64,000 nt of DNA from Rhina ancylostomus (lineage: Eukaryota), in contig JARFYF010000063.1 in assembly GCA_030265395.1 (NCBI GenBank), positions 49,572,043-49,636,042 on the forward strand. Reading direction: 5' to 3'. Made by a program: the position numbers and the translations under genes. Under the pieces are notes generated by a model. It saw nothing but the letters and a program-made list of their open reading frames with translations, was not told the origin of the DNA and did not search any database. Shown here piece after piece: positions 52,888 through 64,000 of this stretch. The number at the start of each line of letters is the position of its first letter. Within the stretch, counting starts at the first letter, position 1.

Positions 52888-55800
52888 TTAGATAATAGAT
52901 GTTGAGATTTTAAAAATGTAAATACGCATATTCTTGGCACTGGAGAACTACTTATATTAAACAAAATCCTTCCAGCTTTGCAGTTTGCTCTGCAGTGAGA
53001 AGTAGCAAGAATTCACCTGTCAACAATTTCACCAATAATGTTGTAACTCTGTTATTTTTCTCTTCCTTAAAACCATTAAAATTAACAGTGGGTACTGCTA
53101 TTACTTGGTGTTCTGATTTAACTTCACAGAAATTATTTGAGTCTGCATATTTTTCCAATTATTTTCTTCAAAGAGGAGGAGAACAGCCACACAAAACATG
53201 TTCTTAAGGGATATTCGTTAGTACAGAATTCAGCTTTTGCTCATTCATCCTGAAATCCTCTGACTGCAAGTTCTTCAGAGTCTTCCGAGTATGAATTTAC
53301 ATCTCTCAGAACCTAACACCAATCTCATTTTCAATCTGGAAAAATTGAATGCAAATTGAGTTCACCAAGGTTCAACTTAACTGTTGCCAATTGACTCAAA
53401 CCTTATGAAATAATTGTTGGAGTTATTTTCTCTGTGGCAGATGGATAACAACAAGTTGCCTTGTTGACCTTGGAGTGCCAATACGTGCAGTGCATGTGCA
53501 CTCAATACTGACTTTTGCATCTATAAACTACATACAAATCTGAATGTGTGGTGCAAGGCAAGGTGACTATACCTATGGATACAAAAGTGAAAGCAATTAG
53601 CAAGCTTGTTTTAAGAAAATATCCTTAAAGATGATGGTGAACTTCTAACTAACTACTATCTTCATGCATAATTCGCTGATCCTAATTGTACCACTTCAGT
53701 GCATCTCCAATGTGGCCCTGAACATAGCTAAAGAAAAATATCATTTGAAACCCAAATTGTCACAATGGTTTGCTGTTGATGTTATTCACAGATGCACTTG
53801 GGGAGCAGCAGTGAAGTTTTCCATTGGTGTCCACTGTCCAGGAAGTAAATCCTTCAGCTTGCATTCTTGAGGAAAGGAATTTTTCATTATAAAATTCAGG
53901 TCTGTAGGGAAAATTTCAAACCACACAGACTGAAATTCTTCTCATGTGGCTGCAAAACCTTTGCCTGAAAGCTTGGAGACCAGGTTGCATGACAACAGTT
54001 AGGGTGCCCGATTTCCTTTGAAGTCGGTGAAGGCTTCACCTTATGGNNNNNNNNNNAAGCAGAAAAATTCTGCCTCTGAGACATAAGACTGCACAAGTCA
54101 TTTCAGGAAAATCTTTCTGCATATTTATAGGAATTATTTCGTTTGGAAAAACATGTCCGTTTAGGTTTTCTTGTTTTTTTTATACATTTTTTTCCTGCAT
54201 TAAAACTTTGACAATTGTGGTCAAATAATAACTTTGTCCGGAATGGTTTCCAAGAATAAGGTTACTCAAAACACCAAGAAAGTCAGCTTTTAAATCAAAG
54301 TGAATTAAATAGTCGCAAACCCAAAAGAGGTGGATCTTACACTGGGAAACTGTGCTAAAATGTCAAGAACTTGTGTTTTTATTTTGTTTTGGTTGTTCTG
54401 AGTTTGTGGTTGGTTTCACTAAAGATGGAAATTGAAGGTTGCCTTGTCTTTGGTTGCTTTATTAATGATGTCTGCAGGAGCCAAGAGCTGTCTGCTGTCC
54501 TGACTGCTTTCCTGTGTAATGGTCAAAGAAGACAAAAAAGTTGCTGGGCACTTTAGCTGTAAACTAGCATGATACAGTGTCAAAATTCAAGGCTTAAACA
54601 CAGTCTAGTCTAGGCAGTTTTGCCCATNNNNNNNNNNNNNNNNNNNNNNNNNNNNNNNNNNNNNNNNNNNNNNNNNNNNNNNNNNNNNNNNNNNNNNNNN
54701 NNNNNNNNNNNNNNNNNNNNNNNNNNNTGCCCATGTTTTGTTCCTTGCCTAATTTAATAGGGCAGATGCTGATAGTTTTTTTACTGAACTGAGAAGATGT
54801 GGAAAATGAGTTTTAATATTTCTAGAGTTTTGAAATTTAATTTGAAACATGATTCTCAATACCACATTGTCAATGAGTATAAGATAATTTCCTTCAGTAG
54901 CTGTTCTGTCCAAAGGCACATTGTTACATGAAAGTTCTTGGGCAGAAGTGGGAATAAACAGCCTGCTCTGAAATCTCAAAACCTTGGCAATGTGGCATTG
55001 AGATCCAATTTACTCATTTCCAATTAAATCATTAAATTTTTTCCATTAATGCATCTGAGAAAATTTCTTCTGAGATACTTTAACTGACATTGCCCTATTA
55101 TTTCTTTTTAATCCCCAATGGTACTGTTTGTGGAATCTGCCCTGGGCACAAACTATTTTGTTGCACCTGTTAAAATGTATCAGACTGATAAATTTTGATA
55201 TTTCATTATCTGAAGGTTTACAGAATGAATCCACAATGTCATGCTAATTAAAAGGGCATAGAGAGTCCAGTGGATTTGTACGTTCTTTAACCTTTCTCGC
55301 CACAGAGATATAGATTATGTACTTCACAACCTGTGCTGAAGTTAATTGAAAATACTTAATGAGGCTTGGTATATGCAGTCAGAGCACTAAATGAGTTGGA
55401 TTTCAAAACTTTCATCTGTAGCCATCAAGCCTTGATGTAAATTGAAAAGATCACAGCTATTGGGAAAAGACCTATATTGTAAAGTCCTTTCTGCATAGAT
55501 TATGAACATCATAACTCAATGATTTTTCCATAAAAATATGGCTGTAATTGGACCCTATGGGGGTCCCTTTCTTTGATCTGATCACAGTAACTGTGACTTT
55601 ACACTGAAAAATGTCACTGCTGTAAAGGTTTATCACCTGTAGTGCTTAGTTTTCTCTGATGCCTTGTACTGTGCTGGTTATCTTTATTAAAAGAAGTATA
55701 ATGAGTAATTAAACAGCAAATCATTATCTGAAGCACAGAAAAAATGCATTCAGTATTTTAGTAACAGTGATTGTATTTTCTCTTTACTCATTCCTTGACT

Positions 55801-56204
55801 GCTTTCTTGCCTTCATTTTTTTTCAGTGTGCAGTTCATTGCTAATTATATTTTGTTGATGAAAATTTGGTATGATTTCATTATGCAGCAGGTATATGCAA
55901 TTAATTGTGCTCTAATTTGGCTTCTGTTTTTCTGTGGTCTAAATAATTGCAAGAATCTTGGAAGAAAAAGTTGATTATTGCAAATCACTGGAATTATTCT
56001 TGCACTTGGGATGCTGTGTCTTTCAATATGAAATAGTTTAAAATGGAAGCAATGGCTTGTTTATCCTTCATTGGTTTGGAGATTTCAAAGATGTGCTGCT
56101 TTTTGGTGGTACATGTTGCACAAGTCCAGTGAAGATCTGAAAAGGTGTGCTGTTCACTGAAGCACATCAAAACAATTAAAAGTCAAAACTCTCAAAATAT
56201 TTTA

Positions 56205-58490
56205 ACATGAGAAATAGATGCAAGAGTTTGCCATTTCACCCCTTGCATCTTATCTGACATTTAGTGAGATCATAACTGATCTTTGACCTCAGTACCACTT
56301 TGTTGAACTAATGCTAAGTCCTTTGGTTCCCTTAATATCCCAAAATCTATTAACATCTTGAATATACTTGGCGATTGAGCCCCCACAGCCCCCTTGGGAG
56401 GAGAATTCCACTCCCCTCTCACTGAAGAAAATAACACAGTTATTCCTACTCTCTGCTGGACATAAACCAGTTCCCTGTTCATGCCAATGTTACTCCCAAT
56501 CCCATATGCCCAAGCTGCCCATGCTAAGAACCTCTTGTGTGGCATCTTATCGAAGGCTATCTGAAAGACTAAATTGATTACAGCATCTCCCCCCCCCTTT
56601 GTTATTTTGCTAGTTACAACCTCTCAAAAAAAAAACCAAGATTTGTCAAGCGTGATTCCCTTTTACAAATCCATGTTGAATATGACCATTCCAATTATTG
56701 GTTTCTTAGTGTCCTGCTTACCACTTGCAACATTTTCAAATTCAAGTTACTTTATTGTCATTCATCCATGTTATAAAAACACATGGTGGAATGAAACGTC
56801 GTTTCCCCCAGACTGTCACAACAGAGGACATACATAGAATAGAAGACATACAATAAACACAAACAAAATATCAAAAAAGAATAGTGCATGTACAAATAGT
56901 GCAAAAAAAAAGATATATACATTTTCACTACAACCAATGTCAGGCCTATAGTTCTTTGTTTGTTCTGCCTCTTTCTTAAACAGTAGAGGTACAGTTGCTA
57001 TGTTTTTGTCTATGGAAATATCTAGAATCTTTCAAACTTTGGAAGATGACAACTAGCTGTATCCACTATCTTCAAAAGCATGGAGACACGAGACTGCAGA
57101 TGCTGGAATCTGGAGCAACAAACAATCTGCTGGGGGAGCTCAGCGGGTTGAGTAGCATCTGAGGGGGGGAAAGGAATTGTCAAAATTTCAGGACTTGATG
57201 CAAGGTTGTGACCATAAACATTGGCAATTCCTTTCTCCCCACAGATGCTGCTTAACTCATTGAGTTCCTCCGGCAGATTGTTTGTTGTTTCAAAAGTATG
57301 GTATGCAGATAATTGGGTCTGGGGGATTTATAGGTTTTCAGTCTCATTCAGTTCTCAGGCACATTTTTTTCACTGCTGCTAGTTTTTTTTCAGATCTTCA
57401 TTCACTGTACATCTGTTTTGTTCCACCATTCCTAGGTCGTGTTCTGGTTTTCCATGAAGACAGACAAAAAAAAATACAAGTTTAATTTCTCTGCCATTTC
57501 CTTATTAAACAGTATAATTTCTGCAGTCTCAGTATGTAAGGGACCAACTGTAACTTTGCTAATCTTCCCCATTTTACATATCCATCAAAGAATTGGCAGT
57601 CTTTTTATATATTTCTCACCAGATTATTCTCAAGTTCTGTTTTCCTTCCCAATCCTCAAGCTTACTGCTCTTTTTGGCAACATTGTAAGCCTTTTCCTTT
57701 GATCTAATACTGTCTTTAATTTATCATGTTTGCAACAGCTGGACAACTTTTCCTGTATATTTTTGTGTCTTGGGGGAATATGTATTTGCAGTAAGACATG
57801 TAATAATTCTTTAAGTATTAGCCATTGCTCAATTACTCTTGTATTTTTTTTAACGTAGTTTCGAAGTCTGCTGCAGCCAATTCGTACCTCATATCATCAT
57901 AGTTTTCTTTGTTTAAATTGACAACCCTGTTTTCAGATCAGACTAAATCATTTAGTAAAATTCAGCATATTACGATCACTTCTCCTTGTAGGCCCCTTCT
58001 CCACATGGTTATGAATTCTCTTTCTCTTCGCACAATACTTGATCTAAAGTAGACTGTTGCTTTGTTGATTCCATAGACCATAAGATATAGGAGCAAAATT
58101 AGGCCATTTGGCCCATCAGGTCTGCTCTGCTTCTTCAATATACTTGCCCAGCAAACTCCTTTCTTATATTTTTCACTGGTAATTTGTTCTATATGTACAT
58201 TAAATTCCCCTAAGAATATTGCATTATCCTTGTTACATATGCCTCTAATTTCTTGATTTATACAATTCCCTAATTACCTCTAATGTTTGGGGACCTATAA
58301 ACAATTCCCACCAATATTTTCTGCCATTTCTGAGCTCCAACCTCTTTCTTTGTTGCCTGGGCTACATCATTTTGCCAATCAAGTATCCAGGAATTGCCTA
58401 AAAGTCAAGTATCCAGGAATACTTAATTTCCAACCTTGGTCACTTTGCAACTATGCCTCTGTAATGGCTATTCTCCACCTCTAATACATT
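56205..58490 (-). mobile_element. Decayed CR1 LINE carrying younger nested insertions (LINE tail about 56740-56940, fold-back element 57084-57288, CR1 tail about 58072-58130)
   Basis: Antisense CR1 tail (aacatgagaaatag..gagaattcca) and RT/endonuclease-region blocks continue on both sides of the inserts. Confidence 0.6.
57084..57288. mobile_element. Fold-back element made of two inverted Penelope-like terminal repeats, with a 13-bp target-site duplication
   Basis: Arms 57116-57181 and 57223-57287 are imperfect reverse complements. Flanks are ttcaaaagcatgg (57071-57083) and ttcaaaagtatgg (57289-57301). Confidence 0.8.
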
Positions 58491-58936
58491 GCAGTTCCAA
58501 ATCTCAGACTTCAGCTCATTAACTCTGAGCCAAGTTCCTCAAGCTGCAGACACTGTAGATGTGGTTACTGTGGATCACAATGGCTTCCAATATACTGCAG
58601 CTGCACCTCATCACCTTCCATGACATGCCTGAATTTAATTAATTTATACAATTTATTCAGTTCATTCTTTAAACATAAAGCTTCACTGTCATCCTTCGCT
58701 CACTGAAGTTCCATCATCAAAATCCACACTTCAGTCACTGCACTCAGTGGGCACTGCATGCTGTGCTAAAACATGNNNNNNNNNNCCATTTTTATATTGT
58801 TAACAAAGTAGCAGGTATTCAGGAAAAAAAAATGAGGTTCCTTTTGGATTACCAGCATACCCAGGAAAGGCATTCATATTGGCACACTTGTTGCTCATTG
58901 TAGATTTTAGAATTTCTGTTTGTTCTCTCTGTACAG

Positions 58937-59062
58937 GTCTCATCCTTGAAATATAAACTGAAGAAGCAGTCTACAGCCACTGGTGATGGGGTGGCCAGGG
59001 CTTTTCTTAAGGCACAGGCAGCATTATTTGGCTCCTATCGGGATGCACTACGATATAAACCT
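58937..59062 (+). CDS. DENND1B: DENND1B internal exon, 126 nt: VSSLKYKLKKQSTATGDGVARAFLKAQAALFGSYRDALRYKP
   Basis: Acceptor ctctctgtacAG, donor GTaagt. KKQSTATG and ALFGSYRDALRYKP match DENND1B, whereas DENND1A has KKVSTTTG and FFGSYRNALKIEP as recalled. Confidence 0.96.
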
Positions 59063-62000
59063 GTAAGTATCTAAAAAGTAAGATCTTTATTATATTTTCT
59101 GTTGGCTTAAACATGCATTAGGGAAATGAGCAAACTTCAGGTTTGATTTCATGGCCATATTGTTTGTCATTGTTTTTGCCTTTTGCAGCTCCATGGTTTC
59201 ATGTAGGTTTTCGATTTTTCTCCTCCACACTTGCGTTCTCCTCAACCACCTGCTATATGTTTTACCATTTTACCACCCTGGCTTCCTGGAAATTTCATTG
59301 GTTGCCCATTGAGGCTGACAAGAAGTTTATCACTTCTATGTTAGGATGAATGCGACAATTGTAACAGTATTTTTTACTTAAGACTCTTGGCATGGTGACC
59401 AGTCCAATGACTGAAGAAAGCTCCTATCACACTTGTATTTGACATGTTCAGATGTCAGATTGATCTCAAATACTATAATATGCCAAACCATGTAACCACA
59501 TTGGGCCTTTACCTATTCAGAGGTGTGTGTGCACAATTCTCTTGGACTGTTTTTATTTTTAATATATCTGAGATCCTCATCTAAGTTGTTGTTTGAGATT
59601 TGAAGAATACTTATTGGGGTACTTGTCAATTTGTTAGGGAATGGCCTCATTAGGGAGAGAGAGTTTAGGTGAAGGAAGCAGAAGAGTTTTCTTTAAGGAG
59701 CTTGAGAACCTTGTGCATTACAGAGATGTTTTGTAGATTGTCTATGGGGACCCAGTGGCTGTTGCTCCCTGTGATGTATTGTTTCATTAATTTCTTGTTC
59801 TTGCCTATGGGAAACATAGCAAATTATTATAGTAATAATTGATGCTTGATTGGAAAGTAAGGTAATAATCAGAGATGTATTCAAATCAAATAATATGTTT
59901 CCTAATTGATTTTAACTAACAAAATTGCCAAATATGAATGATTCATATGACTCTCCAGAATGGTTTCCAAGATTATGTTTTACCCAAATGTCAGAAATAT
60001 TGGTAATCAAATCTAGATGAGATCATTGATCAGATACCTAAAGGATTTGCAGCCTCTCCTGACTCTGCTGGCAACCAATGTGTGGAAATCCAGTGAGGAA
60101 TGGAAAGACTAAACCAGTGCGCAGAGTTGAAAATTGGTGGATGAAGGAATAATATAGATTATCTATTGAATGCTGTTTGCTTGAGCCCGCAGAGCAGGCA
60201 AGTGTGAGAATTGTTCCCATAACAGGAATAGTCACTTCAATTTAATTAAGTGTTAATTTTCCTTTAAAATTGGTTTTATATCTTTAGNNNNNNNNNNNNN
60301 NNNNNNNNCCCACATCGACGTATCCTGTTTGCAGCCTGCCTAGAAGTGGGAATTTTCTCTGACTGGGTGTTGAGAATGCCCAGTTGCTGTTGACAAATTG
60401 TATGCATGCATGTGTGAAATGCTGCTCAGTGGTTGGTTTATAACCTTCTGCCGTGAAATGGCAATAATTGGAGTAACAAGTTAATAACCATGAAAATAAC
60501 TGGTAAAAAGGAAGATTTTATTTTTTTATGTAAACAAGTAGGAGTAAGTAATTTTGGACAGTATGGACGAATCTGCCTGTATCTTGTATTGATTTTGAAA
60601 TATAGTGAATAGAATCACAGTTTGCAAGTCCTCTATCTTTTAGGATCTGTAAGATATGTAATGTTTTTACCTTCACTCAGCTGCATCATATATTGTTTGA
60701 GCAGATTTATTGTATTACAGCAGCCAAATTCTGATGAAGTATGACATATGCAGAACCAGTACATTCATGAATCTAAATTACTGAATATGCTTAATGAGCA
60801 TTTCTTCAATGTGTCAAGATTAAAAATAGAAAGAATAATAGTTGACTGTGCCCACCCTCTATGATTTGACAAAATCTTACAGGTTCCTTCCAATTCACAA
60901 ACCTTTATCAGCAATACCAGAAACTCTCTATGCTGACATCAGTGTGTCAGGTGCATGTGGATCATGACTAGTTTTTTTAATGCACTATTCCCAGAAGGAC
61001 TGCAACACCAGATCGATGCACAGTGTGGATGGAGCAAAACCCTCACCTCATTCCCCCATTCCAAAAGTCAACCCAATACATGGTCCCAGACAATGGACAC
61101 ACCAGATACTAGTTGGATGACCTTTACATTAAATGCTTCTGTATCTTTGCACCAGAATCATGCATTGTATTCAACACTGTCATCCTTCAACTCCCCACGA
61201 GCAATGCCACAGGAGATCACCCAAGTTTATATTGGAATTTAGTAATTGTCCATACATTCCTCACATTCAAAAAATGCCAGCACAAGTGTCACTGGGGCTT
61301 CGTGGACTGGACAGCATTGTCTTGCAGGCTACATGTGTATTTTATTCACTTACTCATTGCTGCTCAGACATGGTTCATGAAATACTTGTCATTCATCATA
61401 TCTCTGCAGGATACACCAATACAATTTTTCATATGTAATAACTGGTTTTGTCTAAATTGTTTGTGAATCTAAATCTCCTCACCTGTGCCACTTTTCCATT
61501 TGGGAAAAATGAGCCAGTATTTTGTTGCTTCTTAATAATGGGGAGCAATAAGGATTCACTGCATGAGAAAAAAATTGCTGTTGTATTAACTGATGTACCC
61601 TGAACCAATTATAAGGAAGTGACCCATTCCCATCTTGGGTTCTGTTTCGTTTTTGATTACTTAAGTAAGGCACAGTGTTGGTAATCTGATGATCCGAAAA
61701 AATGCCTCATTTTCAAAACCTTGACTGAGTTCCCTTTATCAGGAAAGCCAAGATAGCCATGTAGTTCCTAATGGATGAAGAGAATTGTTGCTGCATTGTA
61801 TTGGCTTCTTCAATTCTATCAGATGACCTAAAGAGAGAATATACATGATGTAACACTTAGTGCCAGTGGATCATAGAGCTACCCTTACCTCCCCAAATCC
61901 TAAATTGCATGAAACTTATTGTACAAAAACATTCTTTCTTTTTCCATGACAGCTGCCATGAAGATAAAGAAATTGGTTCCTAAAATGGAACGACGAGTTT

Positions 62001-62886
62001 GAATGCAGCTCTTCACCATACACAACATTTTTCTGTCCCTTTCTCTGGGTTCCATTATGTTTAGTCTTTGTGTGTTGAACATTATATTTCCCCTGGTCCT
62101 GGTGCAATCTTCTCCAGATTTTCCCTTGTATATGCCATTCCTGGAGAACTTCCCTTCCTATCCAGGCCAGGTTATTGAGGTCAGTTCCATCATTGCTGCT
62201 CAGGATTTAATTTGGAACCATTCTGACCTGTGTGTCTAACTGGACAAAAATGGAATTCTTAAAATATGAAATTAAAAGAAAATGCACATGCAAGAAAACA
62301 AGAACACAAAATTCAGTAATTCAGGCCGTATCCATGGAAATGTTTTGGGTTTGTTAGCCTTCATCAGAACATTAATGGAGTGTGGATGATTTCCATTTCA
62401 GTACAATCTGATATCAGCCCTTGGTTTACAATAGCTTTTTGACTCTTTTGATTGAAGTACTTGTTTTTCTGTGACAAACATGATGCATCTTTCGGGTCAG
62501 TTGGTTTTGTTACCTGGTCTGTGATTATAATGACTGATCATCAGAAAGTTTTAACTCCATTAGTCAGTGAAAATAGCCAATTAAACACCCATTGCCCCAT
62601 GACAATGTTAACAATACTATTTGCTTAAGTGGTTGACACTCCTAAGTGACTTCATGCTTCATGAAAACAATTTCAGCTGCTGCAGTCCCCAGTGCCCTCT
62701 ATCCCCATATTTTCCCTCACATTTGCTTGTTCCCCCCTGACTGCCCCGTAAAGAATTTACCCCCGAGCAATCCTGTAATCCAAGCAGTTGCCTCCAATTT
62801 CCAGCATCAGATGGACAGCTTGCTGCACAAGGATTAATACAGCCCCATCATCAGAGCCTGTGGCTGTACCAGTCTGTCCCTCAAAT

Positions 62887-63269
62887 AGAGTCATAGAGAG
62901 AGACAACGTTACTCTGGAGTTGCAGAGGGATGCAACATGGAAATGGGTCCTTCAGCCCACGGAGTCCATGCCAGCCAGCCACCAATCTTACATTAATCCC
63001 ATTTTTTTTATTCACCCCACATTCTTGTATCAATTCCTCCCAGATTCTACCACCCATCTGCACACACAGGGCAATTTACAGTGGCTAATTTACCCACCAA
63101 ACTGCACATCTTTGGGATGTGGGAAGAAACCGCAGCTCGTGGAGGGAACCCATGCGGTCATAGGGANNNNNNNNNNNNNNNNNNNNNNNNNCAAGAGATG
63201 TCAGGATTGAACCTGGGTCTCTGGCACTGTGAGGCAGTGGCTCTACCAACTGCGCCACTGTGCCACCCC
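62887..63269 (-). mobile_element. HE1-like tRNA-derived V-SINE, near full length
   Basis: The minus strand starts gggtggcacagtggcgcagttggtagagc (A box) and has ggttcaatcc (B box), the core gccactgtaaattgccc and a CR1-derived tail gggctgaaggaccc. Confidence 0.85.
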
Positions 63270-64000
63270 AAATCTCCCAGAGTTGTCCACGCAGCATCAT
63301 GAAATGCTCTTGTGTTGCTGCAAAGTGCAAGTGCTGAGTAGATTTATGGTTTACATCTGCATTATAAAATGTGTGTAGATCAAGGTAAGTAAATACTCTT
63401 TATTTTAACCTGCCACATAATTTAGATTCAAAAGCACGGTTCTCACCTACAGACAAAAAAAAATTCTGAAGGGAAGACTTTCTCAATTTAATGAGCTGCA
63501 CAGTCAGTTTTAACTACAGAGGTCAACAATTCTTAATTCCTGGATCTCCAGTTGCATTTTGAGACACCTTTGCATCCCGGAACATTCTCATTGGTCTCAT
63601 TAAAGAGCTGCACATTGGATCAGATTGAGGGCTCATCTGGAGCCACCTGTTCCGAGAAAACCCAACTGATCTACTCATGGGAGAACAGAGCTGGCGGTGA
63701 TTTCTGTCATCTGGGGCTGGATGTGCTCAGATGGAAAATAGTAATCTCTAGGAAGCTGTAAAATGAGTGTTGATAATCTTTCATATGTAATGAGGTACTA
63801 ATCATGGTGGAAAGCAGAAGCCTGGATTTTGTGGTAAATTCCAGAGAGTCCAGGATTTCTGTGCATGTGAAATCAAATGCAGAGGTCCTGTATTTACGGT
63901 TGCAACATTGTGCATAGTGTCAGTCTAGACACTCTGAAGCTCAGTCTTGCCTAGATTGCACAGCACTTACATAAAAGAATCAGCTCCCAACTGCTGTGGC

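Noticed and set aside
58379-58420. 16-bp direct repeat tcaagtatccaggaat with a 10-bp spacer
   Set aside because: Only two copies, inside a decayed LINE. It is an ordinary local duplication, not an array or CRISPR.
3613-59062. Assignment to DENND1A or DENND1C
   Set aside because: KKQSTATG, LFGSYRDALRYKP, QLYASMLHERR, GLPTIPES and the extra cassette exon all fit DENND1B better. A gene tree would confirm this.
63200-63269. tRNA gene on the minus strand
   Set aside because: The A and B boxes belong to the head of an HE1-like SINE that continues into core and tail sequence.
59063-64000. Next DENND1B exon (GEPITFCEESF region)
   Set aside because: No matching spliceable sequence found by eye. It is presumably beyond the window end.

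Overview
AT-rich, CpG-poor vertebrate genomic DNA. The repeat families point to a cartilaginous fish, probably a ray or shark, and the assembly is gapped, with many 10-N and 100-N gaps. The whole window lies inside one + strand gene, DENND1B (connecdenn 2, a Rab35 GEF). Nine short GT-AG exons (748 nt) splice in phase and encode the middle of the DENN domain, from YLPWFEVYY to RDALRYKP. Start and stop codons lie outside the window. Introns are filled with decayed CR1, L2, RTE and Rex1-type LINEs, tRNA-derived SINEs and Penelope-like terminal repeats. Most six-frame ORFs are noise or transposon debris. The best observations concern splicing: (1) a divergent 57-nt exon resembling the 60-nt insert of human DENND1B, with a nested 9-nt microexon donor and a downstream TGCATG cluster; (2) an Asp-to-Ser change that creates a second in-frame GTGAGT donor inside an exon; (3) a NAGNAG acceptor. 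There is also a fold-back insertion flanked by a target-site duplication, plus homeodomain-motif-rich blocks that may be LHX9-locus enhancers. I found no convincing wholly new biological system. Comparisons with human proteins and repeat consensi are from memory, not from a search, and repeat boundaries are approximate.
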